64,000 nt of DNA, from assembly GCA_002491195.1 (NCBI GenBank), contig DKVL01000011.1, positions 7,254-71,253 on the forward strand, read 5' to 3'. Positions 48,204 through 58,854 of the stretch are shown piece after piece (within the stretch, counting starts at the first letter, position 1; every line of letters begins with the position of its first letter). The position numbers and the translations under genes were made by a program. Below the pieces are notes generated by a model. It did no database searches. It was not told where the DNA came from and was given only the letters and a program-made list of their open reading frames with translations. The DNA comes from Lachnospiraceae bacterium UBA7179. Its GTDB lineage: Bacteria > Bacillota > Clostridia > Lachnospirales > Lachnospiraceae.

Positions 48204-49994
48204 CTACTCATACTCTGGCTTGAAATACACCGTTCCCGTCGTCCGATGCGCTGTCATGTAGACAAGCTCCATTCCATACGCTGTATACTCCCTGGGAATA
48301 AAGCAGATGACTTCTTTCTTGATCGTGTCGCCTGGCTCTATTTTGTCCTGTTCCACAATAGACAGGTCACGGACGGTGCGTTCAATTCCCTGATAATTTG
48401 CAAACCTGCCGCTTTCCATCGTAGAATACAGCTTGAGCGGAAAGTCAAGCGCCATCGATGGTATTCTGTCGGTATCGTCCAATCTGGCATCGCCTGCAAC
48501 CAAAATTTCATACTGCAGCAAAACGCACTGCGCGTCGTCGGTCTCCAACATGCCAAACGGTTCTTTGATCTCCCTGGCTTCGACATAATGATCAATGTGA
48601 TCTTTGATTTCCTCTACATCTCTGATCACCTGTGTGAAACGAACATAGGCATCTATTGCATTTCCCTGCTCTGTAAATAGATTCATTTTCGCCCACTCAT
48701 TCAATGGAAGCGGTATCTCCTTCTCTGTGATCACATTGTAATACTCGATTCCGTTCTCTTTTGTCTTATCCAGTTTGCCTGCAAAATCATATGGTTTCGG
48801 CACGAGATCTCCGCCCGCCTCAGCTGAAAGTTCCCCGCTCTGTGCCTGTGTCACCTCCTCTATATGGCTGCTATTTTCGTCGCTTGAAACACTACCATCG
48901 TTTGGAACCACCGGACTTCCGATCGTACACCCTGTCACTCCCAACAGCAAGACACATGCCAGTACGGCTGTACCTATATGCTGCTTTCTCTGTGATGCGA
49001 TCAGTGTAATACGCTTCTTCAGTTCCTGCTTCCTTCCATTCATTCCGGATGCGCCTGCAAATAACCTCATAAAATCCCTCCCTCCTGTTCCAAATAAGAT
49101 CAAAGTCTCCCCGTAAGCCTTGCGTGCCTTTGCATCATATGTCCTGATCACGCTCTCGTCACAGGCAGACTCGCTGTCACGTCCCGACAACAACGCCGCC
49201 ATCCAGACAAGCGGGTGATACCAGTACAGGCTCACGCACAGACAGCGCAGCACCGCCCACATAGGATCCCCATGCCTGTAGTGTGTATATTCGTGTGCCA
49301 GCACATAATGACATTTTTCCGGCTCCAGCTGCATCTCTGGCAGATAAATTGCCGGACACACCACCCCGAAAAGACACGGCGTATTGATTTCCTTTGTCTG
49401 GTATACCGAAAGATCTCCACGTCCTATCTTTTTTCTAAATTTCTCGTCTGTTTCCATCCGTTTCCTGCTTTTTTGCAGTCTTACCGCAAAATGGAGATTA
49501 CTGCCTGCAAATATTATCGCACAGATCACACAGCCTGCAATCCAGATTCTTTTGAGCCAGACTCCTTCTGTCCACAATTCCTGTCCTGCATCTGATATCC
49601 TTATTGGTGCTGTATCGTCCGCACAATCCTTTTGACTCTGTTCCTGCTGATCAACAACTTGATTTACCTGTCCAAATGCTGCTGTTTCATGGGGAACGCT
49701 CTCCTGCTTACCGCTCTGTACCTTATCCCATGTTTCCTGTGCATTCCGATCCGTCCCTGCTGCCTCCTGCCTGTCCCAGCTCCCATTTTCCGCCTCCACT
49801 GCCCTGTAGATCACATTTAAAACCTGAAACGAGTTGGAGAACTTCCCAAAAGATGCCAGCAGATATACAACTACAACCAGCCACATCGCATAGCACAGGC
49901 GCTTTGATATCCTGTTGTAAAACACCGCGCGGAGAAGCAACATCAAACTCAGAAATAACGTAGTCGAAATAATCTGCTCGATATATTCAATCAT
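48204..49994 (-). CDS. BlaR1-like M56 metallopeptidase sensor
   Basis: P.LFG...P.IYLP, HEYTHYRHGD, WYHPLVW, E.ACDE.V. Confidence 0.92.
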   Translation of the reverse strand: MIEYIEQIISTTLFLSLMLLLRAVFYNRISKRLCYAMWLVVVVYLLASFGKFSNSFQVLNVIYRAVEAENGSWDRQEAAGTDRNAQETWDKVQSGKQESVPHETAAFGQVNQVVDQQEQSQKDCADDTAPIRISDAGQELWTEGVWLKRIWIAGCVICAIIFAGSNLHFAVRLQKSRKRMETDEKFRKKIGRGDLSVYQTKEINTPCLFGVVCPAIYLPEMQLEPEKCHYVLAHEYTHYRHGDPMWAVLRCLCVSLYWYHPLVWMAALLSGRDSESACDESVIRTYDAKARKAYGETLILFGTGGRDFMRLFAGASGMNGRKQELKKRITLIASQRKQHIGTAVLACVLLLGVTGCTIGSPVVPNDGSVSSDENSSHIEEVTQAQSGELSAEAGGDLVPKPYDFAGKLDKTKENGIEYYNVITEKEIPLPLNEWAKMNLFTEQGNAIDAYVRFTQVIRDVEEIKDHIDHYVEAREIKEPFGMLETDDAQCVLLQYEILVAGDARLDDTDRIPSMALDFPLKLYSTMESGRFANYQGIERTVRDLSIVEQDKIEPGDTIKKEVICFIPREYTAYGMELVYMTAHRTTGTVYFKPEYE

Positions 49995-50367
49995 GCCCGC
50001 CCTCCAATCCTTCCAAAATGTCATATAATTCCTGAATCTCTTCCCTTGTGAAATCCCTCTTCTTTACCAGCGTGCTCATCATCATGCTGACAGAGCCTTT
50101 GTAAACACGCGACAGCAGACTCTCAGTCTCTGCAAGCGCTGCCTCCTCCCGCTTAATCTTCGGATAATACTGCCTCGCTTTTCCGCCATCCTCATAGTAA
50201 ATGATGCCTTTGTCAACCATTCTGCCAAGCAGCGTATTAACGGTACTCTTGCTCCACCCTGGCTCTACTTCCAGCGCGTGAAACAGCTGCATGATCGTCC
50301 TTGGCTGCTGCTCCCATAACTTCTCCATGATAATCCACTCACTCTGTCCTAAAATTGCATCTCCCAT
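49987..50367 (-). CDS. BlaI/MecI/CopY-family repressor
   Basis: SEW.IM..LW, WSKSTV.TLL.R...KG; AGGAG before MGDAIL. Confidence 0.93.
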   Translation of the reverse strand: MGDAILGQSEWIIMEKLWEQQPRTIMQLFHALEVEPGWSKSTVNTLLGRMVDKGIIYYEDGGKARQYYPKIKREEAALAETESLLSRVYKGSVSMMMSTLVKKRDFTREEIQELYDILEGLEGGHD

Positions 50368-50396
50368 TGTTATCAGCTCCTGCACTATATTATTTT

Positions 50397-50452
50397 GTGT
50401 TACACATGTCAACTATATTTTCATCATAACACCATGTATTACATGTGTCAAC
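50397..50452 (-). promoter_or_regulatory. Two BlaI-type operator palindromes overlapping TTGACA boxes
   Basis: GTTGACACATGTAATAC and GTTGACATGTGTAACAC on the minus strand. Confidence 0.6.
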
Positions 50453-50685
50453 CACTATATACCTAAAACTTTATTATGCAGCAAAAATTTCCAATCCCTA
50501 TCGGAAGCTTTGTCCTGATCGCCATGACATACCTCTCCCTCTTTACAAAATCATCGATTGAACTGCTTCACCACCTAATCATATTTAACAATTGTAATGT
50601 CAAAGTGTGTTTCAACAGCAACACATTCCGCAATTTTCGGAATATATTATATCAAATCCGCCCCCCTGTCAAAAGGAATCGCGCC

Positions 50686-50976
50686 ATGCCAAACGCCAAA
50701 CTGGAAAACCTTCTCAATCTCGCCCTAGCCGCCACAGAAACCGAACTACAAAAATCCCAGGTGCTTGGCACAGGTTATACACCCGCCACAAGAACCTGGG
50801 AATTAATTGTAAAATATCATGGACCGCTCGAGCGCCTTGAATCAGAAATCATCCACATCGAACCTTTGATCAACGGTTACGCCATCGCCACAGTACGGGA
50901 AGACTTTGTGGACGCTTTCGCTGACCTTGACGAAGTGGAGTTTGTCGAAAAGCCCAAACGCTTGTATTTTGAGTAA
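50686..50976 (+). CDS. Stand-alone Csp-subtilase prodomain (96 aa)
   Basis: MPNAKLENLLNLAL...WELIVKY.G...LINGYAI......EVEFVEKPKRLYFE* matches the N-terminal propeptide of clostridial Csp proteases; AAAGGA SD. Confidence 0.8.
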   Translation: MPNAKLENLLNLALAATETELQKSQVLGTGYTPATRTWELIVKYHGPLERLESEIIHIEPLINGYAIATVREDFVDAFADLDEVEFVEKPKRLYFE

Positions 50977-51018
50977 TTTGTGAATCGTTTCTATCTTTTA
51001 TATTACTCTGTATTGACT

Positions 51019-54000
51019 TTAATAAAGAACAATATACTCTTCATACGGTCCCGCCAGGAGCGATATCGTACCAAACTCGCTGATTGACACTGTTGAAACC
51101 AATTCATATGTCGTTTGGCTGTTTCTGCCAAAAATGTGCGCATAGCGCCCCGCTTTCTCTGCTGACAGTAAAATATTGATGATTGCGTTTTGAGGAATCG
51201 CATCATTTGCATGTTTTTTGATATAAAACGCGTCAAAACCTTCGCCGAAATCTTTCTCTGTCCTCAAAAATACTTCCAAATCCAGATCTTTCGTCCATTC
51301 TGTAAGCATATTGTGCGAGAGCGTTATCGCAATATTCTGGTAATAGAAGTTATAATCTGCATCTTTCTGCTGCATTGTTACAACAGTTGCCCGTGGTATG
51401 ATCAGCTCTGTCACTCCAGTAATATTGATATTCGCAATGCGATGTTGTGATATTGCATCAGATGCAGTTATTGTAGGTTCTGCGTCCAGATACGCTGCAT
51501 CGACCACCTCCTGCCAGCCGCTTACCTTCCGCTGATCCTTTGTTGTATAACTTGGCTGCACGACCTGATTAACAACTGCATTGGTCGGTGAAGTATTTCT
51601 ATTTGATGGATCTGAACTTGAAGTTGTACTTGTCGATGACTCTGATGGCCGTTCTGGTTCTTCAGGCTTACTGTCTGCTCTCTGTACGATTACCTCGCTG
51701 CTGCCCGAAGCAACCGCCGTTATATTGTCATAATATAACACACCGCTTACCATACCATTGTCAATCGCATCACTATCTGCAATTGCGTTTACCCATAAAC
51801 CAACAGAAGTGATTTTTGCCCGATCATTTACAAGTCCGCCTGTTGGATTGCCTGGAATATCTCTTGCCACGAATTTTTCAAAAGGAATCGTAACTAAAAT
51901 AGGAGTTGTTCCCATTGCGGCATAGTCTTGATTTTCATTCAGATAATACTCATAAATCGTATTATCGCCTGCCGTTATCTGAATAACTGTCTTTTGCAGC
52001 TTGCCATCAGGAACCGTCCAAAACTTCAGCGCATCGCAGTCTGTCCAATCCACTTCCTTGGAAAGCGTAGCTCCGGCCCAGCCATCAGAGGTTTCCGTAT
52101 AGGCAAACTTCATAACATAATCGCCTTCATAGCTGTAATCTTTTGACAAACTCAGCGTAATGCTGCTGCCGCTTGCCTTGTTCATTGACCAGCTATTCGT
52201 CAGCATATCATCGACTCCATAGTAATTCTCGAAACCATCTATTTCATATGGATCGCGCTCCGCCTCTCCAATATTAAACAAAGCCCGAACTGTATCAAAG
52301 GTTGTCCCGTTAATCACAAGACTGATCTCTCCTACGGACTCGCCAAGGCTTTGCAAATCACTCTTGGTAAGTACTGCCGATGCATAACCATCTGCGATCT
52401 GTGCCTCAACAGTTTTCGTTTCCTCACTTCCTTTGCATACAAAGGTAATCTGATCCGCTGCATCGATACCGGTAACTTTTGCTCTGAGAGTCGTTTGATC
52501 CAGGACTCTGCTACCTGACACAGGGCTGACGATGTAGCCGCTTTTGTCAATTGCCGCATCAGCACGAATGGATAAGGATTGGATCTGATTCAATGCCTGC
52601 TGCTGGTTGATAGCAAAAATGCTGCTATCCTCGTTAAAGAACCGAATAAAATCATCCATCATCTCATGGCCATGTTTCGTTTTGTCTTCTTTCACAGATT
52701 TGACATATGGTGTATAAAAACCATCCTTTTCACTGAAATTCGCCCATACCAGATAATACGAAGCATTGCTCTTCTTTACTACATCCAAGATCTCACGATA
52801 CCAGTCGCGTCTCTCATTCCCTTGTTTTAACAGGGCAGTCTGGTTATCACCTTCCACTGCGTCACGCGCCGCTCCTGTCTCTGTCACTGCCACCAGCTTG
52901 CCATGCGCATTTGCAAAACCCTCCACAATGCTTAATTCCTTTGAAAAATTCGCGATAAAAGTATCGCCTTCTGTCGGATTGCTATGGTACATATCAAAAC
53001 CAACCATATCTACATAACCGTCACCCGGATAGCGCGCTGCATACTCCTCCATACTAGACGCCTCAGAACCCGGCCCATATACATAGAGGAAATTATGTAC
53101 ATTTTTCTCATCTCTTAAATACTCAACTGTATATTTATACACACTCTTGTAAGTCGGCGCATCACAAAAGGCTGCCCCCCACCAGAACCAGCTTCCCGTA
53201 TTCTCATGGAATGGGCGGAACAATACTGCTCCATCCACATGATGCGCATAGTCGGCAACCATATCCAGATAAGCTGTAAATGCATCGTTATAAGCGCCTC
53301 CCGGCAAAATCTGATTCATCACATCCCCTGTCAGGTTATTGGGTGTATATCCTGTAAAATTATACGCTGCGTAACTTGGACCTCCTGCTGCTCCTGTTCG
53401 ATCTACCAAACTGAAGTTTGGCATATGTAAAGACAGCGTTGCAATAGCGCCATTTCTGATATTATAATTGGTTAATGCCGCCGCCGCGATCACGTTCTTT
53501 TCGATTGGAGTTGACGCCGCCGCAATCTGACCAGAAACGCTGCTGTATGCACTGTCCAATGACTGCATCTCATTGAGATAGCGCTCTGCTGAATACTCGT
53601 CTCCTACAAGAGCTAGTCCATCCAGCCCGATCACTCCCGCATAGGAGCCAACCACATCCATCGTGTCAGAGCAGGATAAATTACTGTTTCCTGCCTTATG
53701 ACTTGTATTGTTCTGCTGTCCGAAAATAACACTATCCGTATTGCCAACCGCCTGCAGATATGCATATACCTGCTTCGCACTGTCTGTGGCATTGCCATCT
53801 GCAAGAGTGATCGCTGTGGCGATACTGCTGTTTCCCGCACCTGTATTCAGCGTATTTCCCTGAACAGAAAGCGCCATCTGTTGACCGGTTACGTCTACTT
53901 TCGCATCTACATAGATATCTTCCGCCTGCTGCTTTGCTTCCTTACGCAGCGTGATATTATCCAGGAAGATCACGCCTTGATAGTCCGTTTCACAGCCAAC

Positions 54001-55980
54001 TACGCCGATTGTGATATTTTTCGCGATATCCGCAGAATCAAAATCCACTGTGAAATGAACTACTTTTAGTCCATCCGCATAATCCTCGGAAGCATCTGTA
54101 TTCACTACCGCGTCTGTTTCAACCTTGTCACCGCCGTTGGAAAATAATTTTATCTTGAAACTTCCCTTTGTCATAGCGTTCGGATCATAGATAAAATCAA
54201 AGTTCATTGTATTAGCGCCTGCGGCCGCAAAATCATCCTTCCAATAAGATACTTTGATTTCGCTCCATGAAACATCTGCATCTTTGGAATAATCTACCTT
54301 TACTGCGAGTGCCTGATACTGCTCATTCCATTCAACACTGTTAGCTCCCTGATTCTGATAGTCATCGTTATCATTATGATACCAACCATCAAAATCATTT
54401 GCAGATGCAAAATCCCATACCTTTAAGACGCCTTCTCCTGGCTGTTCCGGCTGTGATGTGCCTTCTTCCAATTTTACGTTATCATAGTAAATCATTCCAT
54501 GATAATCACAATGATAGCCTGCGAGCTTTATCGTAAAATTTGCCAGATAATCTGTGGTTATCTCATCGCCAAAAGTGAAGGATACTTTTGCTGTTTTATA
54601 AGATTTCCCATCAATTGTTACTTCTTCCTTAAAATCAGCAGCGCCAAATTCAGGAATAGACTTATTTTCTGTCCAAGTCCAATCACTGCCCAATCTTGCT
54701 ATACCCTGAACTTTGATTGTTCCCTCATAGTCAGCGCTCTCTGTCGGAATATACAGATCCAGTGATACTTTGGTACCACTCTTTAACGGCTGGTCACTGC
54801 TAAGTCCTAAATCTTTTCCATCTAATCCATTGGCATCCCATTCGCTGTCACGATCAAACGAAAGCGCATTCTCACTATAAGAATCCAGCGTAATCTGCTC
54901 TTCATCCGTATTTGTGTCATCCTTGCCATCTTCTAATTGCACATTGGCATATTTCACCGGTCCCTCATAAGTACATTGATAACCTGCGATCTTTACTGTG
55001 AAAGTTGCCAGATAGTCCTTTGTTATTTCGTCTCCAAAACAATAGGACACATTTACCTTTTTATATGATTCGCCATCGATTGTTACTTCTTCCGTAAAAT
55101 CAGAAGCGCCAAATTCAGAAATAGACTTATTTTCTGTCCAAGTCCAATCACTGCCCAGCCTTGCCACTCCCTGAACTTTGATTGCACCGCTATATTCTGC
55201 TTTTTCTGCGGGGATATACAGATCAAACGATACTTTAGCGCCGCTCTTTAATGGCTGCTCACTTGTGAGCTCCAACTGCTGTTCGCCTTTGTCTGACCAA
55301 TCCTTTGAACTATCAAAAGAAATCTCCTTTCCCTCATAAAACGATTTCAGTTCAACATCCTCTGTACGAGCCGAAAAAACAGCCGCTTCTTTTTTGGTGA
55401 TCTCCTTGTCTGTCTCTTCCTTCTGTGCGAATTCCTCTGTCTCTTCCCCAGTCTCCTCTGCATCCTGAGAAGGTTTTTGTATATTCTTGTCTGATTCATC
55501 TTGATTTTTCGAATCATCGTCTAATACAGGATCTTCTATATTCTCACCTATATTGGATGATGTATCTTCTGTATCTTTGCTTTCATCAGATGGGTCTTTC
55601 TCTGTGTCTTTGTTTTCGTCAGATGGGTCTTTCTCTGTGTCTTTGTTTTCATCGGATGGGTCTTTCTCTGTGTCTTTGTTTTCATCAGATGGGTCTTTCT
55701 CTGTGTCTTTGTTTTCGTCGGATGGGTCTTTCTCTGTGTCTTTGTTTTCATCAGATGGGTCTTTCTCTGTGTCTTTGTTCTCATCAGATGGGTCATCTTT
55801 TGTGTCTTTGTCATCGTTTGACGCAGACTTTTCCGAATCGTCAATTGGATTCTCTGTTTTGTTTTCCTGCTGCACCTCGCTCGCATAAGCAATATTTCCA
55901 GCCATACTGCAAGGAGACATTGCCAATACACAAGCCATTCCAACAACAGAAAACAGTTTTGTTACTTGTTTTTTCTTCAT
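51019..55980 (-). CDS. Secreted multidomain GH26 beta-mannanase with several CBM-like modules
   Basis: Signal peptide; FRPFHENTGSWFWWG, YPGD.YVD.VGFD.Y, AVTETG; duplicated N-terminal CBM-like module. Confidence 0.9.
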   Translation of the reverse strand: MKKKQVTKLFSVVGMACVLAMSPCSMAGNIAYASEVQQENKTENPIDDSEKSASNDDKDTKDDPSDENKDTEKDPSDENKDTEKDPSDENKDTEKDPSDENKDTEKDPSDENKDTEKDPSDENKDTEKDPSDESKDTEDTSSNIGENIEDPVLDDDSKNQDESDKNIQKPSQDAEETGEETEEFAQKEETDKEITKKEAAVFSARTEDVELKSFYEGKEISFDSSKDWSDKGEQQLELTSEQPLKSGAKVSFDLYIPAEKAEYSGAIKVQGVARLGSDWTWTENKSISEFGASDFTEEVTIDGESYKKVNVSYCFGDEITKDYLATFTVKIAGYQCTYEGPVKYANVQLEDGKDDTNTDEEQITLDSYSENALSFDRDSEWDANGLDGKDLGLSSDQPLKSGTKVSLDLYIPTESADYEGTIKVQGIARLGSDWTWTENKSIPEFGAADFKEEVTIDGKSYKTAKVSFTFGDEITTDYLANFTIKLAGYHCDYHGMIYYDNVKLEEGTSQPEQPGEGVLKVWDFASANDFDGWYHNDNDDYQNQGANSVEWNEQYQALAVKVDYSKDADVSWSEIKVSYWKDDFAAAGANTMNFDFIYDPNAMTKGSFKIKLFSNGGDKVETDAVVNTDASEDYADGLKVVHFTVDFDSADIAKNITIGVVGCETDYQGVIFLDNITLRKEAKQQAEDIYVDAKVDVTGQQMALSVQGNTLNTGAGNSSIATAITLADGNATDSAKQVYAYLQAVGNTDSVIFGQQNNTSHKAGNSNLSCSDTMDVVGSYAGVIGLDGLALVGDEYSAERYLNEMQSLDSAYSSVSGQIAAASTPIEKNVIAAAALTNYNIRNGAIATLSLHMPNFSLVDRTGAAGGPSYAAYNFTGYTPNNLTGDVMNQILPGGAYNDAFTAYLDMVADYAHHVDGAVLFRPFHENTGSWFWWGAAFCDAPTYKSVYKYTVEYLRDEKNVHNFLYVYGPGSEASSMEEYAARYPGDGYVDMVGFDMYHSNPTEGDTFIANFSKELSIVEGFANAHGKLVAVTETGAARDAVEGDNQTALLKQGNERRDWYREILDVVKKSNASYYLVWANFSEKDGFYTPYVKSVKEDKTKHGHEMMDDFIRFFNEDSSIFAINQQQALNQIQSLSIRADAAIDKSGYIVSPVSGSRVLDQTTLRAKVTGIDAADQITFVCKGSEETKTVEAQIADGYASAVLTKSDLQSLGESVGEISLVINGTTFDTVRALFNIGEAERDPYEIDGFENYYGVDDMLTNSWSMNKASGSSITLSLSKDYSYEGDYVMKFAYTETSDGWAGATLSKEVDWTDCDALKFWTVPDGKLQKTVIQITAGDNTIYEYYLNENQDYAAMGTTPILVTIPFEKFVARDIPGNPTGGLVNDRAKITSVGLWVNAIADSDAIDNGMVSGVLYYDNITAVASGSSEVIVQRADSKPEEPERPSESSTSTTSSSDPSNRNTSPTNAVVNQVVQPSYTTKDQRKVSGWQEVVDAAYLDAEPTITASDAISQHRIANINITGVTELIIPRATVVTMQQKDADYNFYYQNIAITLSHNMLTEWTKDLDLEVFLRTEKDFGEGFDAFYIKKHANDAIPQNAIINILLSAEKAGRYAHIFGRNSQTTYELVSTVSISEFGTISLLAGPYEEYIVLY
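55570..55810 (-). repeat. About 7 x 33-bp coding repeats (KDPSDENKDTE)
   Basis: atcagatgggtctttctctgtgtctttgttttc units. Confidence 0.92.
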
Positions 55981-56245
55981 GCGTATTCCTCCTACATGAT
56001 TCTTGAACAATTTACTACCGATCGACTTATTTAGCTTCTAATCCACTTCAAATTGAACTATTATTAGCTAAATTGAATCATAACTTATTATTACAGATTT
56101 CATGAATAACTGTCAATTATGAACTAAAAAATCTGCTTTTTACACATTTTTTAGTTTGTTTTAGCTTTCTGAAGGCAACTTTTCTTGTTATTTTTTTCCA
56201 AAAGGTTTCTAAAGTTTCCAGAGCATGATTAAAAACAGAATATAA

Positions 56246-56295
56246 AAATCCCAGTTTTTTAACAGGATTGATCCTGCTAAAAAAACCTGGGATTT
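56246..56295. terminator. Long stem-loop, probable terminator
   Basis: AAATCCCAG-TTTTTT.ACAGGAT..ATCCTG.TAAAAAAA-CTGGGATTT. Confidence 0.6.
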
Positions 56296-56322
56296 AATAA
56301 TCTTTTAATCGCTTTGGAAAAA

Positions 56323-56541
56323 TTAGCGGCACACAATCGGATTCCAACGCAATTCGTTCTTAAAATGTGTAACAAATGCATGATAATCCCGCTCCTCAAG
56401 GAACTTCTCCAACCCAATCTCAATGCCAGCCTGCACTTCAACGGGTCTCCTAAATTCCGCTTTATCCCTGCCTTCTGTCAGAATCTTGTACTTGCTGTAA
56501 TATTCGTCTGTCATATTCTTAATATCAGTAGCAGAAACCAC
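56323..56541 (-). pseudogene. araA: L-arabinose isomerase remnant with large internal deletion
   Basis: DEYY.KY....GRD..EF...V.VQA.IE.G.E.FLEE..Y.A.VTHF (mid-protein AraA-like) joined directly to FKNELRWN (AraA C-terminus). Confidence 0.65.
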
Positions 56542-56671
56542 ATCGACATATTCTTTTTATTTTATCCAGAATTAAAACATTTTATCATACATTAAATATA
56601 AAAAATAAGGCAGGAGAGACAATGCACGGGGCTGCGCATCATAAGTACACCCATCATGAGTATACTTATGA

Positions 56672-57808
56672 TCAGCCAATTTCTTCGCTTGCCATAAGCT
56701 GCTGGATATCATACAGAACATTCATCACTTCCTTGCCCGCCTCCGCGCGGTATCTGGCAAGGATTCTGTTCACAACCATATCTGCATTCTCCCTGTTCAC
56801 ATCCATCAAAAGGGCAAGCACCTGCGTAGAGCTATACTTTGTCGTCACATCACCCTTTCGCAGAGAATTTACAACCGCGCGCTGCAGATACTCCAGCTGT
56901 CCCCGGATAATCGTCTCATCTGTCTCCATATGCTCTCCATAGTCATCCAACGTAAATAGCACACACTGCACTTCCCTGTAATCACGGATCAGATTTCTCT
57001 CCATAAAACGATAAATCTTCTCAAAATTACTGTACTCAACCTCGAATGAACCTTCCATCTTCCTCTCCTTTAACTTATTTGTTATCTCCGCTAACGAACT
57101 GTGTGGTCTGTCACAGACAACAACACTGTCCTCTGCCTCATCAAGATCAGCAAAAAACCGATAACCATTCTTGCCCTCATTCTTCACATTGTAAAGCGCC
57201 CTGTCTGCATTTTCATACAATGCCTCATAAGTCTCACCATCTTGCGGCGCACTGGCAATACCCATAGAGACCGTCACCCGCATCAACCTTCCCGGCGCTA
57301 CAAGTTCACGCTCAATCTGCCTGATCATACGCTGTGCTTTTGCCTTCACCTCGTATTTATCATAATATCCTGGAGAGAATACCACAAATTCATCCCCGCC
57401 AAGCCTTGCCACGATATCCTTCGCATCAACGGCTTTTTTAAGACCTTTGGAAAACCTCGTAAGTACACGGTCCCCCTCCATATGTCCATATGTATCATTG
57501 ACACTCTTAAAATTGTCCATATCCATGATAAAAAAGATTCCCTCACAGTCTGCGCGCAGCTTAGCATTCACCTGTTCCGGCACCCCTTGGCGGTTTCTGA
57601 GTCCTGTGAGCGGATCTCTCTTTGCCAAAGCAATTAACTCCTGCTGTTTTTCGACAGTCTTTGCCATCTCCTGCAGCTGATGTTCCAGGTTTCTCTTCAT
57701 CTTTTCCAGTTCCATTAATCGTTTGTTCTCACTGCCTGTTGTCTTTGACTGAATAACTGTACGCATATTCATCCCTTCCACTGTTTTCGTATGCTCTGTT
57801 TCTTTCAT
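56672..57808 (-). CDS. Cytoplasmic diguanylate cyclase (GGDEF + degenerate second domain)
   Basis: DPLTGL.NR, DMDNFK.VND.YGH..GD, ARLGGDEF. Confidence 0.92.
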   Translation of the reverse strand: MKETEHTKTVEGMNMRTVIQSKTTGSENKRLMELEKMKRNLEHQLQEMAKTVEKQQELIALAKRDPLTGLRNRQGVPEQVNAKLRADCEGIFFIMDMDNFKSVNDTYGHMEGDRVLTRFSKGLKKAVDAKDIVARLGGDEFVVFSPGYYDKYEVKAKAQRMIRQIERELVAPGRLMRVTVSMGIASAPQDGETYEALYENADRALYNVKNEGKNGYRFFADLDEAEDSVVVCDRPHSSLAEITNKLKERKMEGSFEVEYSNFEKIYRFMERNLIRDYREVQCVLFTLDDYGEHMETDETIIRGQLEYLQRAVVNSLRKGDVTTKYSSTQVLALLMDVNRENADMVVNRILARYRAEAGKEVMNVLYDIQQLMASEEIG

Positions 57809-57935
57809 CCCTCATTTAAATCAACAGCACCATTATAACGCAAAAGCATCTTAATTTCCATGAAAAAAATATTAAAATGTGTTATACTCATTACAGATAT
57901 CATAGAAAATAATGCAAGAAATGAGATGATTTTCC

Positions 57936-58847
57936 ATGGAGCCAGACTTTTATACCAAACGCACACAAAGACTTCTTCGCAGCGGTTATCCCGTAGAACT
58001 TACAACTGTTGACTGCACACTGCCCGATGCACCCATTGTACACTGGCATTGGCATGAAGAAATAGAATTTCAATATATTCAGCAAGGTCAGGCATACATC
58101 ACCTGTGATGAATGCAATATCTCTGTCTCCAAAGGTGATATTGTCTTTATTAATCAGAAAGTCAGGCATTTTATCACACCTGCAGGCGCTGACGGCGTCA
58201 TTTTCAGTTCCATTGTGATCAATCCGTCCTTCATACTGGGTTTGGGCCAGTTGGACCTGGAAAACAAATATATCAATCCAATTATTGCAGACCGCTCTTT
58301 CCATTGTCTGCACATCACAGGCAGGGATAATCTTTACCAGCAATTTCGGCCGCTCTTAAAACAGCTGATCGCACTCAATGAAGATCGTCCCTCCGGTTAT
58401 GAACTTTTGTCAAAAGCATATATATTACAACTATGGAAACTCCTATATGATCAGCTTCCGGTCAGGTCAGCCAGTTCGTGCAATATATCTGCGCGCACTG
58501 CCAACCAGGACACACAGCGAGCAAAACAGGCAATGCTCTACATCGAAGAACACTTCATGGAATCAGTCACACTAGACGATATTGCCAGCTCCATCCTTGT
58601 CAGTAAGAGCGAATGCTGCCGCTGTTTTAAACGTGCTACTGGTCTCTCCCCAATTGAATATCTCATGAAATACCGCATTACGGAAGCTACCAAGTATATG
58701 CACCGCAAGACACACGAATCCATCTCAGAGATTGCTGGTGCTGTCGGATTCAATAACACAAGCTATTTCAATAAAATATTCAAAAAATTTATTGGATGTA
58801 CACCGACCGAATACCGCCAGTCTCTGCGAAAGAAGATTCAGTTATAA
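57936..58847 (+). CDS. AraC-family regulator with cupin sensor
   Basis: HWHWHEEIE, CCRCFK...G.SP..YL, GFN..SYF...FKK..G.TP. Confidence 0.93.
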   Translation: MEPDFYTKRTQRLLRSGYPVELTTVDCTLPDAPIVHWHWHEEIEFQYIQQGQAYITCDECNISVSKGDIVFINQKVRHFITPAGADGVIFSSIVINPSFILGLGQLDLENKYINPIIADRSFHCLHITGRDNLYQQFRPLLKQLIALNEDRPSGYELLSKAYILQLWKLLYDQLPVRSASSCNISARTANQDTQRAKQAMLYIEEHFMESVTLDDIASSILVSKSECCRCFKRATGLSPIEYLMKYRITEATKYMHRKTHESISEIAGAVGFNNTSYFNKIFKKFIGCTPTEYRQSLRKKIQL

Positions 58848-58854
58848 CCGTGTG

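Noticed and set aside
50955-50985. TGAGTAATTTG vs TGAATGATTTG as inversion crossover sites for the split subtilase
   Set aside because: Only 9/11 identity, and crossing over in that register would put the two halves out of frame.
55570-55810. 33-bp array as CRISPR
   Set aside because: Head-to-tail coding repeat with no spacers.
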